The notes beneath the pieces are model-generated. The model saw only the letters and a list, made by a program, of their open reading frames with translations. It had not been told where the DNA came from and searched no databases. The translations under genes and the position numbers were made by a program. From contig NC_043011.1 in assembly GCF_006345805.1 (NCBI RefSeq), positions 32,438,464 through 32,502,463 on the forward strand: 64,000 bases of DNA. The letters are read 5' to 3'. Below, in pieces: positions 23,967 to 37,224 of the stretch. Numbering within the stretch: the first letter of the stretch is position 1; each line of letters opens with the position of its first letter. The DNA is from Octopus sinensis (taxonomy: Eukaryota).

Positions 23967-24374
23967 GGATCTTTTCGGTTTGAGCGGCAGTTTTTAACAT
24001 AATTTCTAGGTAACTGGTAGAATGTGTTTATAAAACATCTTTTTCTCTTGGCTTTATTGAGAAAAATCTATAGTTTGTAAGATATTTGTTGTTTTTTTTC
24101 TTTAATTTTTGCAATTTCAACCAATCAGTGACGTCTATTGAGTTAAAAAGCATTCTGTGCCGTATGAATATGTCCCTCGTTTAAGAAACAGATTGTGTTT
24201 ATTTACATTTGTGAAGAAAAAAAAGATACCCTTCCCCCTAACCATAACTAACCCTAACAAACCCTAACCCTAAAAGAGATTGAAATGCAATAGATCGATT
24301 CTAGGGTCATAATTATGGGTGACAATTTCATATGACACCGCTAGAAAAAACTGCCGTTCAAACCGAAAAGATCC
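23967..24374. mobile_element. MITE with ~29-bp TIRs and 8-bp TSD, inserted in a SINE A copy
   Basis: GGATCTTTTCGGTTTGAGCGGCAGTTTTT ... AAAAAACTGCCGTTCAAACCGAAAAGATCC. CTTATTTT is duplicated at 23959-23966 and 24375-24382. Confidence 0.88.
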
Positions 24375-24949
24375 CTTATTTTATCGACACCGAAAGAATG
24401 AAAGGTGAAGTCAACCCCAACAGAATTTGAACTCAGAACGTAAAAATAGACGAAATGTCGCTAAGCAATTTGCTCATCGTGCTAACGGTTCTGCTATCTG
24501 ACTGCCTTATTTGCATATACCTACTGATGTAGGTTCATGCGTATGTATATATATTTGTGCATATATATATATGAGGGTTTATAAATATATTTATTATACA
24601 TATTACATTGCTGAAATGTCTTACGTAAAAGTTGTCGTTTAATGGCGATAAACTTGTCGGCTGCAGTATTTTGTTTTTTAATGGTGTATTTAATTTTGTT
24701 GAAGAAGGAGGTGCTGAAGAAATGTGTTAATAAAATAAAAGGCGATATTAAAAAAAAAAAACAAGCAGTTTGAGAATTATTGATCTCGTAGAACAAACAT
24801 GAGAAAACATTTTTGTTTTTTATGTTGTGGGTCTTAAGAGATATTGCCCTTCATAAACAGGGCCACTCCACTAAAATGATAATTGGACAAACATCATATG
24901 GAGTACAAAGTACACTACGTCGTACATAAAATAAAGCATTAAAAAAAAT

Positions 24950-25242
24950 TGAGAGAAAGCGTGAGTGAATGAGAGAGAGAGAGAGAGTAAGTGAGACAGA
25001 GAGAGTGAGAGAGAGAGAGTGAGAGAGTGTGAGAGAGAGAGTGAGGGAGAGAGAGAATAAGAGAGAGGGAGAGAAAGAGAGGGGAAGTGAAAGGGAAAGA
25101 AGGAGAGAGAGTGAGTGAGAGGGAGACAGGAGAGTGAGAGAGGGAGTCAGATAGAGTGAGAGAGAGAATGAGAGAGTGAGTGAGAGTGAGAGAGTGAGAG
25201 AGAGAGGTGGAAGGGAGACAGACAGATAGTGAAAAATATAGA

Positions 25243-25321
<79 letters not shown>

Positions 25322-25530
25322 AGAGAGCGTGTGTGAGTGAGAGAAAAAGTGTGAGCGATAGTGAGACAGAGAGAAAGTGTGAGAGAGAGGGTTTAACGGG
25401 AGAGGAAGAGACAGATAGCGAGAAACGTAGAGTGGAAGCGAGAAGATGTGTGTGTTTGAGAGAGGAAGAGAGAGGGAAAGTGAATGGGTGAGAGAGCAAG
25501 TAGGTGAGAGTGAGAGACAGGGAGAATGAG
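24950..25530. repeat. Degenerate (GA)n/(GT)n purine-rich tract
   Basis: Direct inspection. Confidence 0.9.
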
Positions 25531-26143
25531 TGAGAAATAAAATTATTTAAATAAGCAGAGCTAACCCTAAAGATTGTGTTACAATATTGGAGCAGAAAAC
25601 TTACAATGTTTATATAATCATGTCAATAGACGTGTTTCATAAAAAAAAGGTCATAAAGGGCCGCATCGGGCCTGAGTTACGTTAGTTCCGTATCCCTGAT
25701 CTAAATGGTAGAACATCCGGTTTTATGGCATTCGGGATTAATTGTTAAGGGAACATAACACAAACTCATATATTAGGCCCCCGCCCACGTCTCTCTGTGC
25801 ATCTTTAACCAGCTAGAGCCGATGTCCTCTTGGGGTTCAAACATCGCAGTAAAGTCCGTTCAAACGGAACAGCCATGTTGAGGTGGTTACAAACATTACT
25901 TGCTAGTACAACTTCTGCCTTCATCTATTAGAGAGATTTTAGAACTTTTTTGTTTGTTTTTATATATATATAGCCGGCCGCCAATCCTTTTTTCTGTACA
26001 CTAGGGGTAGCTTATCCTGTTCGGGCGATATTATTAGCATTATCCTGCGTTTGAGAATTTAAAATCACTTCTTTTACTTTCTAAGACATCTCAACGCTTC
26101 TAAAGCAAACTTCGTTTGTTTGTTTACGTTCATCGTAATTTGA

Positions 26144-26165
<22 letters not shown>

Positions 26166-26180
<15 letters not shown>

Positions 26181-26378
26181 AATGAGGTAATCAGATCGGA
26201 TGGTTCATATTTATAGATATTTATTTATATATTACATTTTTTTACATATATATCATATCATTCAGATCATATCATTCGGATTGTATATGTAATGATATAT
26301 ATGTAAAAAATGTAATATATAAATAAATATCTATAAATATGAACCATCCGATCTGATTACCTCATTTTTCTAATATAT
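26166..26378. repeat. Near-perfect inverted repeat, ~88-bp arms, ~35-bp spacer
   Basis: TATTAGAAAAAATGAGGTAATCAGATCGGATGGTTC... versus ...GAACCATCCGATCTGATTACCTCATTTTTCTAATA. Confidence 0.9.
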
Positions 26379-26434
26379 AATACCTGTACATCATCTCATC
26401 TTCCAACCTTCCATATTATATATATATTATATAT

Positions 26435-26468
<34 letters not shown>

Positions 26469-26469
26469 C

Positions 26470-26504
<35 letters not shown>

Positions 26505-26520
26505 GTATGTATTATGTATA

Positions 26521-26789
26521 TTAATATTTCCATAAGGACATTGAATAATTTCAATGCCAGTCTGCTAGAAATAGACCCCAAATGGTCTATGAATCACTAG
26601 AAAATTTTAATTCACTACCACAAGGCTGTAAGCGAGGAAATTAAACACAGCGAGGATTTATAAAATAATTTGGATATTTCCTTATCTATAGATTTCACGG
26701 TTTGATTTATCAAAACTCTTCCCGATTGTCAGTGGTAAACACCTAACATAAGGCGTTGAAATTATTTAATGCCCTTATAGAAATTTTAA
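26521..26789. mobile_element. Small MITE-like element with ~35-bp imperfect TIRs
   Basis: ATTTCCATAAGGACATTGAATAATTTCAATGCC versus GGCGTTGAAATTATTTAATGCCCTTATAGAAAT; TTAA at both outer ends. Confidence 0.6.
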
Positions 26790-26869
26790 TATAAATTAAC
26801 CATTATGGTATTTTAGTATGATGGCCACTGATAAATTCATTAATTAATGATTATTTGTATATATAATTT

Positions 26870-27135
26870 TAACTCAGAACGTAAAGACAGACAAAATACC
26901 TATTTCTTTTACTACCCACAAGGGGCTAACCACAGAGAGGACAAATAAGGACAGACAAACGGATTAAGTCGATTACATCGACCCCAGTGCGTAACTGGTA
27001 CTTATTTAATCGACCCCGAAAGGATGAAAGGCAAAGTGGACCTCAGCGGAATTTGAACTCAGAACGTAGCGGTAGACGAAATACCGCAAAGCATTTCGCC
27101 CAGCGTGCTAACGTTTCTGCCAGCTCACCGCCTTT
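26870..27135 (-). mobile_element. SINE family A
   Basis: Family A head and body. Confidence 0.8.
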
Positions 27136-27587
27136 GCCTTTAAGAATATTGCGAAAGTCGTGGTTGGAGGCCCAACCCAACGAGTTCTTTTACAAGGCTT
27201 AGAAAAACTTAAGGACCACTGCAATAAGTGTGTGAATCTGAGAGGGGAATATGTTGAGTAAACCCATAATTAACTGATCCTCCTGTATTTTCTTTTACCC
27301 AAAGCCAGGAACTTTTCAGCACTGCTCGTAAATAGGTATATGTGTGCATTTTGTGTATATGTGTATACTTGTACGCTTTTGTATTGATATCTATATGTAT
27401 GTATGCCCATTTCTGTGAATATGCGTAAATATATATACGTGTATGTATGTGTATGTGTGCACGTGTGAGCAGCAATATAAGAACCGTAAAAAATACGAAA
27501 ATATATTTTACATTGTACAAAGATCATTTAATACAAAACCCAATACGTTGCAACTCAGAATCGTCCGAAAACTATTTATATATAATG

Positions 27588-27653
<66 letters not shown>

Positions 27654-27815
27654 TATTTACTTAAAGGACACAATACATGTCATTAGGTCCAACGAATATT
27701 TTCATATGCTGAGAAATATCTCAAACAAATTCATCAGCCACAAACCACATATGGAGTACTGTTTTTCTTGAATTTCCTATCACGGAACAGTACACTATAT
27801 ACATACATACATACA

Positions 27816-27851
<36 letters not shown>

Positions 27852-27964
27852 TATATGCATGTGTATATGTATGTATATAAATTGTATGTATTATAAATAT
27901 ATATATATATATATATGTAGATGTATATATATGTATGTGTGTGAGTGTATATGTATGTATTATA

Positions 27965-28011
<47 letters not shown>

Positions 28012-28088
28012 ATATATATAAACATACATATATAATATGTATATATATATATATATATATATAGATAGATAGATAGATATAGAATATG

Positions 28089-28144
<56 letters not shown>

Positions 28145-28185
28145 TTAGTGTATATGTATATATATTATATATATATATATATATA

Positions 28186-28360
28186 TAGTTAATTCAAACA
28201 TGAACAAAGAGAAAACACAACAACTCGAGGACGTGGAATAAGTATAGTATTATTGGACGCTCAGGAAAGGAAAGAAAAAAGGAGGATTTAACGTTTCGAG
28301 CGGAGTTCTTCGTCAGAAATATGGAAAGAAAGAAATAAAGAAAAGAAGAAAACAAAAAGC
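28186..28360 (-). mobile_element. pLTR-like fragment (family G) with minimal hammerhead at 28286-28320
   Basis: AUUU-CUGACGA-A GAAC UCC GCUC-GAAACGU-U-AAAU, with palindromic AACGUU stem III and one stem II mismatch. Adjoins (TA)n. Confidence 0.7.
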
Positions 28361-28809
28361 CCAAAGAATGGAAGTCGGAGCCCCCCCCCCAAAAAAAAAT
28401 GTATGCACAGTTCAGGGAAAGTGAAACGTGTAGAAATATTTTAATACTCAATTTATTCAGATTTTTTCTGATATCACACGATTAATACAAGTTACCTGTA
28501 ACCATTTTGTCCTTTATTCTGGCCCTTTTACAACGTGTTTGGCTTTGTAAAATTTGACTTTTTTTAGAAATCATAATAAAAAAAATCTCCAAAAAATGTT
28601 TCACTTTGAATATACTTTCACTGTTGGTAAGGTGTGATCCTGAAAAAGCTAGGTTGCGTTTGATCAATTGTTGTGAACGGGCATTATTCTGAGATTTGAA
28701 AAAAAACCTGTGACAAATTGACAGGGGTGCCGTTGTAGTTTAAGAAATGTATGACCATTTTAAAGAGGTATTTCAAATTTGAGAATGTTGTTGAAGTTCT
28801 ACGACAAAG

Positions 28810-29225
28810 GTGCAGGAGTGGCTGTGTGGTAAGTAGCTTGAAAACCAACAAGGGTTGGGTTCAGTCCACTGCGTGGCATCTTGGGCAAGTGTCTTCTGCT
28901 ATAGCCCGGGGCCGACCAATGCCTTGTGAGTGGATTGGTAGACGGAAACTGAAAGAAGCCTGTCGTATATATGTATACATATATATATATATATATATAT
29001 ATAGTGTGTGTGGTGGTGTCTGGTTTGTCCCCCCTAGCATTGTTGACAACCGATGCTGGTGTGTTTTACGTCCCCGTCACTTAGAGCGTTCGCAAAGGAG
29101 ACCGTTAGAATAAGTACTGGGCTTACAAAGAATAAGTCCTGGGGTCGATTTGCTCGACTAAAGGCGGTGCTCCAGCATGGCCGCAGTCAAATGACTGAAA
29201 CAAGTAAAAGAGTAAAGAGTAAAGA
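28810..29225 (+). mobile_element. Full-length SINE family B
   Basis: Head, CORE-like block and tail as at 22660. Confidence 0.85.
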
Positions 29226-29279
29226 GAATGGAGGTGTAAGTTTGGAACAGAACCCCACCAACACGTCTGACATTTTCTG

Positions 29280-29740
29280 GGATTCCTAATAAGTTCGAAA
29301 AACATTCTACCGTGTGTGATGTGCAGAACGGAAAATCCAACCGACCTCGTATTGTATCAAGTGTTGCTTCCTCGTTTATGGTGTTCGAACATTTTACACG
29401 CTTGCAACTGAAGTCTACCGTACAATGTGCACGTAAGACAAGAATAAGCATTGCAAGAATATGGCGCATTTTTATAAGAGCTAATTTTACATCCTTATAT
29501 TATTACATGCAATTAACGGTAACAATTCTAATCGCAGAATCGAGTTTAGTGAGTGGCTTCAACACATGGTAGGTTAAGATAAAGTGTTTGTGACAACGAT
29601 TGTGTGATCTGATGAAGCACAATTGAAGCTAAATGGAACAGTGAACCGACAGAATTATATTTATAGGGTATTAGAAAACCGTAGCTTGCAGGTGGACAAC
29701 ACACTCAGTTTAATGGAGCCCAATGTCTGATGTCACCAAG
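29280..29740 (+). pseudogene. Decayed Tc1/mariner transposase fragment (DD41D/rosa-like)
   Basis: KFEKHSTVCDVQNGKSNRPR...ARKTRISIARIWRI...RIEFSEW...IV*SDEAQLKLNGTVNRQN resembles the SDEA.F.LNG.VNRHN motif of that family. Confidence 0.65.
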
Positions 29741-30839
29741 AGTTTTAATAGGTCCATTTTCCTTTGGAAGTACTGTTAAGGTTGAAGGTAAAGTTACCTT
29801 TTCGAGTCATCCCGACTCATAAGGGCCAGTTTCCCAGTTTTTATGGCGTATAAATTCCCAACCTGAACGGAACGCTGGTCTGTCGCAGGGTTACCCATCA
29901 ATGATATAATTAAATTCAAATTAAATGTATATATATATTTATATATATATATATATATTCTATACACACACACACCACACACACACACACACACCCCAAC
30001 ACACACACCCACACAACATATATATATATAATATATAATAATATATATCACCGTGATCGACCAGGCTATCAGATGTTGCTACACATTGCTGGTCACAATG
30101 CGCATCGCATTATTTAGCCTTCAAATGACGCCACCCCGCTGTAATATTTTTAAAACTGAAGTATATCCCTTTCATAGTCGTCTTTTCTTATTCTTATTCT
30201 GACTTTTATTATTGTAAAAATGTTGACCCTTATCATGCGTGTAGCAAGAGCGAATGTAATATTTGCTATATTCAGTATATCTTAGGAAAGGCCTCAATCT
30301 ATTTTTCTTGAAAAAAAAAACCTTACCAAATGACTCTACGAAAACGCCAAAGTTAAGGTGGCATTTACAGAATGTTTTCTCCTAATTCAAGAAAAAAAAA
30401 TGAAGCTTATATGAATGTCATGGGAATACTCTAAAAATAGATAAAGGTAGATTACCAGGAATATTCTAAGACATAAACTAAAAGAATTACTGAAATCTCT
30501 TATGTCGTAGACATGAAAATCAAAGCAGTAAATCGTTGCATAGAATTGACGAACTTTGATCAAACTTTGTTTTCTTAAAATGGCGGAAATTGTGTTGAAA
30601 ATGGATTGGAGAAATAACTTGCTGCAGTCCTTACTATCAAACGGTAGTGCTTAATGGAAGATCAGTGACATAGCCAGTGGTGTCAGGTATCAAGTTGTGT
30701 AGGAGATCAGGTTTGCGGCATTTGGCATATTTTCAATTCAACTTGATTAATCGACTGACGAGGCATTATATTCTCATTTGTTGGTTGGGGGTTGTTTGCA
30801 AGATATGCTTACTCAGGTTCGTTTAGACAAGAGTTTTTC

Positions 30840-31395
30840 TTTTGTTCTCTTCTTCGAACAACTACTAAGGAAAGACTTAGATATTTCAGAAGACGTATCA
30901 TATTTTATAGAACCAGAAAACCTTGAGTAACATAATGTCTGGGATGAGATAAGGATGGAACACTAATTATTTTATGAACAAAATAATCTGGAATTGAGGT
31001 TTGGATGAAAAAGCGAATTCCAAAAGTAAAAGGCATTCAGTGTATGACCCATCACTTGATACTGGCATCAAATATATTTCCATTTTCACTAAAGGGCATT
31101 TTGGATCAAGCAATTCAAATTGTGAATTTTGTCGAAAGAAGAGCTCTGAATTTCGCCTTTACAAATAGTTCTGTATTAACATCAATATAGACCATCATTT
31201 GCTTCTTGACCAAATGTTCGAAGGATTTTAAGAGGAAATGTAATTGAATGTAACTGAACGAATATCTGAGTTTAGAGACGACGAGCTCAAATTATTTTTC
31301 GAAGGTCAGAGTATAAAGGAATTTTTTTTTACCTTCTTCAATGATCAGGAACGAATTATGTGCCTTGCCTATTTAGTTGATATTTTTGAGCAGAT
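30840..31395 (+). pseudogene. Decayed hAT (Buster/Charlie-like) transposase fragment
   Basis: IQCMTHHLILAS...ILDQAIQIVNFVERRALN...LAYLVDIFEQ matches C..H...LA / IVNFIK / LAYL.DIF. Truncated by the gap. Confidence 0.7.
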
Positions 31396-31495
31396 NNNNN
31401 NNNNNNNNNNNNNNNNNNNNNNNNNNNNNNNNNNNNNNNNNNNNNNNNNNNNNNNNNNNNNNNNNNNNNNNNNNNNNNNNNNNNNNNNNNNNNNN
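31396..31495. other. Assembly gap (100 N)
   Basis: Run of 100 n; continuity across it is not guaranteed. Confidence 0.98.
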
Positions 31496-32089
31496 AGGCA
31501 AGTTATAAAGGCAAAAAGCTGGATTAAGCATGGTGTTTCCCTTAGAGTCAACGGAGGCAGCGTTTTATGTGGCCACAATAGAGAACAAAGTGGCGAGAAA
31601 CATAAGCATACGATATATGCATCATAATGGATGCACCGGAAGATGCAGAGAAATCTTAGGAAGACCTAGAAAAGAATTCGATACTTAGAATAGTACAAAT
31701 AAAGCTTCTAGCAAGACAACGATATGAACATACATATACACATGTAATATTTACATGGCAACATCGAAACGTTTCTGCTGATACAAAATATTAGTGGTAA
31801 AATCTTTATTTAAAATCTTTACTGAAAGATTCCTCTTCATACAGAAAACAGTAGATAAAGAAACCAGCAGAATATAACAAATTCTAATCAACAACAGATA
31901 TTCTGACAGATTTAAAGACCAAGTCTCAGAACAAAAGAGGAAGAATTACAACGTAATAAAGATAACAGACATTTAAAATTGCACAAGTCACAAATAAGAT
32001 GTATTATATAAGTCAAATGCATATTAACTATAGAAAAGATGAACACATTATCAAAAACTTCGTAAAACAGAACAAGAGTAAAAGGGTAA

Positions 32090-32430
32090 CGATCCCCTTC
32101 AGTCACGAATGGCATGGGATTGCATCTAGAAAGTTCCCCCCGTCTCCGAGGCACAAGTCCGGGCAAGGTTGTTTGTAGAAGACCAGCAGTTGTCCATGGA
32201 TGTCAGCCTCCTCTTTCGAAGACCCCGATGTCATCGAAGGGAAAGGCAAAAGCCGATGCAGCTTGGCACCAGTAACGTCGCAATTCATTTCTACAGCTGA
32301 GTGAACTGGAACAATGTGAAGTAAAGTGTCTTGTTCAAGAACACAACATACGGCCAAGTCCTGGAATTGAACTCACAACCTCATGATTGTGAGCCCAATG
32401 TTCTAGCCATTGAGCCATGCGCCTTCAAAA
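32090..32430 (-). mobile_element. tRNA-head SINE family E
   Basis: Reverse complement of 57310-57645 (GGCGCRTGGCTCA.TGG...TCTTGARCAAGACACTTTA...CAACCTTGCCCGGACTTGTGCC). Confidence 0.8.
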
Positions 32431-33790
32431 CAGAAGATATAATACAATATACCAAACAATAATTTAACACTGATAATATATAAAAAAGATCTATAGCCCT
32501 ACCCGAGCCATAGGTTCACAGGCCTGGTTTCTTGGATTCTGTGGCGTATATGTTCTCTTTCACCTGGGCGGGAGACCGGGTGGTCACAAGATTACTCATT
32601 TTCACAGCTGACTGGACTGGAGCAACGTGAAACGACATGTTTTGCCCGAGAACATAACACATCACCTGTTTCATGAATCGAAACCACAAACTTACGATTA
32701 TTAGTGCAACACCCTATCCACTAAGTCACGTACTTCTACAACACTAATAATATACTACAAAAAACAACCAAATTTAAAAACAAAATTCTCGTCACTAGCA
32801 AGCCAGAAACAAGTATACGTATAAACAAACTACCAATACCAATGTAATTTATAAATTCGATTGCAAACGTGAAATCTGTAAACTTCACGACTGCAACTGT
32901 TAATACTGGTCATACAAATATGACACTCTTTCGCCGACTCACCATGCACTTACAGTCAATTTCTTTATTAACCATGAGGTTGAGAAAAAGAGGGGACGAT
33001 ACGAGGACAGACAAAACAAACATTGGTGTCAGGGTATCGAATGAGACGAAACGTATGAATAAACAAACAATTAAAATATATACAATTAAATGAGAATGAG
33101 TGATTTACAAAAAAATGAAGTGGAGACGTGGTCGACCCCCAAAACCACATACTCATACTTAAGACTTTGCTTTCTCCTTTTTATATTCTCGTTTAATCAG
33201 GTTCTCTCACTCGCAACATACTTGTTATATACTTCCATCTTCTACGAAACACACTTTGCGACAGGCATTTCTTCTCCAGCCTTATTTTCCATTTCATGTG
33301 GAAAACGAAAAAGTCTATTAGCTCGAGACTGGAGACGAACATGCCTGTTGCAATTCCTTTCACTCTCGTCTTCCATACTATCTCTTTCGCAACAGCAACT
33401 ATCGAGAGAAAACAGGTGGCAATTACAAGTACTATACTACACACAACGCAACACTAGATGGGATAGCATTAGTGGACAACAGAATATCCATAAAAAAAAT
33501 GGACGATTAATGATGGGATACAGCACTATACTAAAATAAACACACGACCTCATACAATAGCCAGAAACAACAGTAAATATCTGAATGATGGCATAATTGT
33601 GAAAATTCCAAATTCAAATGGTACCATCTACAATAATCGGATTTGTTCTAGCTAATATAAAGAGGCAGCAATATGCAATAACAACAAATCATCTTGATAA
33701 ATAAACTTCGAAAGTTTATAAACGCTGATAATGAATTTAGGGATTTTACTGCTTTAAAATTGTAAGGAAATATTATGAATATATATATAT

Positions 33791-33848
<58 letters not shown>

Positions 33849-33849
33849 C

Positions 33850-34150
33850 ACGTGATCACGTGACCAGCCAGGCTATCATATGTTGCTACACATCGCTGGC
33901 CACAATGCGCTTCGCATTGTTTTAGCCTTCAAATGACGCCAGCCCGCTGGCTAAGCGAGCAGGCCAACAGAAGAAAGAGTGAGAGAAAGTTGTAGTGAAA
34001 GAGTACAGCAGGGATCGCCCCCATCCCTGTCGGAGCCTCGTGGAACTTTAGGTGTTTTCACTCAATAGACACTCACAACGCCCGGTCTGGGAATCGAAAC
34101 CTCGATCCTACGACCGCGAGTTCGCTGCCCTAACCACTGGGCCTTTGCGC
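33850..34150 (-). mobile_element. SINE family C
   Basis: Reverse complement of 48790-49085. Confidence 0.8.
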
Positions 34151-34869
34151 CGCCACGCGCGCGGGCACGCACACACCACACACACACACACACACATATG
34201 AAAAAATCTCCGTGAAAAGTAAAACTCGAACACAGTCGTGTATTTCAATACATTCCAGAAAGTAAAGTCTTTGCCATAAACATACATACATACATACATA
34301 CCTCCACATATGCTTATAGGATGATTGCTTTATCTTGTGAGACGTCTGCCGTCTCACAAGTGAGATAGCTATACATCATTGAATTTAAGGGACACACGCC
34401 CATCCCACACTTGTGTCACTTTCTCGGTCGCCATATTAAGTTGCAGTGACAAACATTGCAAGATGGCTAGTAATATTTTGACTGCAAGTCTTATGTAAGA
34501 ATATCTTTCTCTTAGAAGAGCTGTTTTCCTCACAGCTTTGTCAAAAATAACAGAAGCATCCTCTACCCACGGGAAATCTATTTAACCTGGGAGTAATGGC
34601 AATTGAGGGATAACACAATGCTCCCCACAACTAGAAAACTCCCGACCTGGAGTCTCATCATCGGATACAGTTTAATGTCATACCCAGAACATACATACAT
34701 GCATACATACATACATACATACATACATACATACATAATACATACATACATACATACTACATACATACATGCATGCATACATACATACATACATACACAC
34801 ACATACATACATACATACATACATACATACATACATACATACATACACATACATACATACATACATACA

Positions 34870-34899
<30 letters not shown>

Positions 34900-34900
<1 letters not shown>

Positions 34901-35350
34901 GTTCTCTATCCAGATTACAAGTTCAGGTTCACACCTGTAATTATTGGAGCACTGGGATATGTAACACACTGCCTAAATACCTATCTTGAGAAATTAGGCT
35001 TCTCGAAACCAGAAAGGAGAAATCTGATTCGAAGACTACAGATCTAAACCATCACTGGAACTGTAAGAATCTGTAAAGCTTTACAGAAGTTTATCATTTA
35101 AGTATATATGAGCATATCTAGATATGCTACTATGTGCATGAGAATACATGCATAAAACAAAACATACAAATCTGCACGTATACACACACACATGCATGCA
35201 TACATACATACATACATACATACATACATACATACATACATAATGCTCTGTTGATAATGTTGAAATTCCAATTAAGGAGCATGGATCTAGGTTAGAAACC
35301 GACTTTTCCTCTATTGCCAAGAAGTCTTGAAATAAAACTGAATAATGATA
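34900..35350 (+). mobile_element. 3' end of an REL-type non-LTR retrotransposon in (TACA)n
   Basis: LYPDYKFRFTPVIIGALGYV...LEKLGF...LIRRLQI*TITGTVRICK, then 3' UTR; bounded by (TACA)n. Confidence 0.7.
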
Positions 35351-35371
35351 TACATACATAAACACACACAC

Positions 35372-35493
<122 letters not shown>

Positions 35494-36138
35494 TAATTAT
35501 GGATTCTCCTGTCAATTTTGACGTATGAAGTTCTAACAGGTTTTTTTTTGTATTCTTTTTTCTAAGTTCTGATGTTCTGATATCTATGTCTCCTATGAGA
35601 CGTTAATCCACCAGCGATCAACAGACTGGACATGAGAGGATTGTTGTACATGTCATACAAAATGGCTAGCACGTTAGTTCGTGATTTTTGCATTTACTCA
35701 CAAGTCAGAGATAGGTGAAGGAACAACAAGCAAGGTGTATTAATGTGACACTCAGGAAAAATGGAAGAGTCTTCTACAGAAAGGAATGAGGAGAGAAAAC
35801 AAATGGAGAGAGAGGAAAAAAAAAACAAGAACAAAACGTGTCTGGATTAACGGTTGCACATAAGCATACATACTACATACATACATACATACATACATAC
35901 ATGCAAACACATACACACACACACATATATATATATGTATATACATACAAACATACACACATATATATATATACATATAATTATATATATATATATATTA
36001 TATATATATGCACACATTAATTTTGACATCTCTTCTCCATTTAACATATTTGTTGAGTTTCTACGGAATACATTTCCATAAATTCTCATAAAACCACACC
36101 ACACAACACACATATATATATAGATGTATACATACAAC

Positions 36139-36181
<43 letters not shown>

Positions 36182-36244
36182 TATATACATACATGTATAT
36201 ACATGCATATACATATATATATGCATATATACATACATACATGC

Positions 36245-36275
<31 letters not shown>

Positions 36276-36280
36276 GCATA

Positions 36281-36371
<91 letters not shown>

Positions 36372-36399
36372 AAACACACTTGCGTGTAAGTACATAAAT

Positions 36400-36586
36400 A
36401 CAAGACAAGGTGGAAAAATAGTACTCGAATACCTAGGTAGAGTAATATGCTTTTATTAAAGCTGCAAAATTTTCATATAACTGCTTCTCAGAGTTTCACG
36501 TTCCCGTTCGTCGGGAATACTCATCACAACTGTCCGACGGACGACAACGAGAAACTCTGATAAGCAGTTATGTGAAATTTTGCTGG

Positions 36587-36590
<4 letters not shown>
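36400..36590. mobile_element. PLE1-related pLTR with inverted partial copy; two degenerate hammerheads head-to-head
   Basis: AAGGTGGAAAAATAGTACTC...GTAGAGTAATATGC aligns to the PLE1 pLTR. Arms 36458-36514 and 36534-36590 carry CCGACG(A/G)...GAAACTCTGA. Confidence 0.75.
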
Positions 36591-36631
<41 letters not shown>

Positions 36632-36637
36632 TATATC

Positions 36638-36684
36638 ACACACACTGACGAGAGGTCAATACCTCGAAACTCGAGTCCGTGTGT
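36638..36684 (+). ncRNA. Minimal type I hammerhead ribozyme in a separate ~210-bp (TA)n-flanked element (36634-36846)
   Basis: ACACACA-CUGACGA-GAGG UCAAUA CCUC-GAAA-CUCGAG-UC-CGUGUGU: palindromic ACUCGAGU, GUC triplet, one mismatch at the base of stem I. Confidence 0.8.
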
Positions 36685-36855
36685 ATCATAAGTTGAAGAC
36701 GGGAAGGATGACTTCCCTTTGCAAATACTGACAGGACACAGAAAGTGTGTCTATGGCCAGCTGGAGGAGTGTGTCCTCCTGGGGCTAAAAACTACAGTAG
36801 CATCCACCCTTAGGGGTAGCCATATTGAATGGCAATATACGTCCGATATATATAT

Positions 36856-36886
<31 letters not shown>

Positions 36887-36894
36887 TATATATG

Positions 36895-37224
36895 TATATA
36901 TGGGTGTGTGGTAAGAAGCTTGCTACCCAACCACATGGTTCCGAGTTCAGTCTCTCTGCATGGCGCCTCGGGCAAGTGTCTTCTACTATAGACTCGGGCC
37001 GACCAAAGCCTTGAGAGTGGATACGGTAGACGGAAATTGAAAGAAACCCGTCATATATATATATGCTGGTGTGTTTATGTCTCCGTAACTTAGCGATTCG
37101 GCGAAAAAGAGGCCGATAGAATAAGTACTAGGCTTACAAAGAACAAGACCTGGGGTCGATTACTTCGAGTAAAGCTCTTTAATTAGGTTCACCAGCATGG
37201 CCGCAGTCCAACGACTGAAACAAG

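Noticed and set aside
31244-31627. ORF reading through the N run
   Set aside because: It spans an assembly gap; only the hAT part before 31396 is meaningful.
33300-33620. Possible LINE APE-endonuclease remnant (ORF 33090-33539 region)
   Set aside because: The resemblance is too weak; the diagnostic GDFN and SDH motifs were not found.
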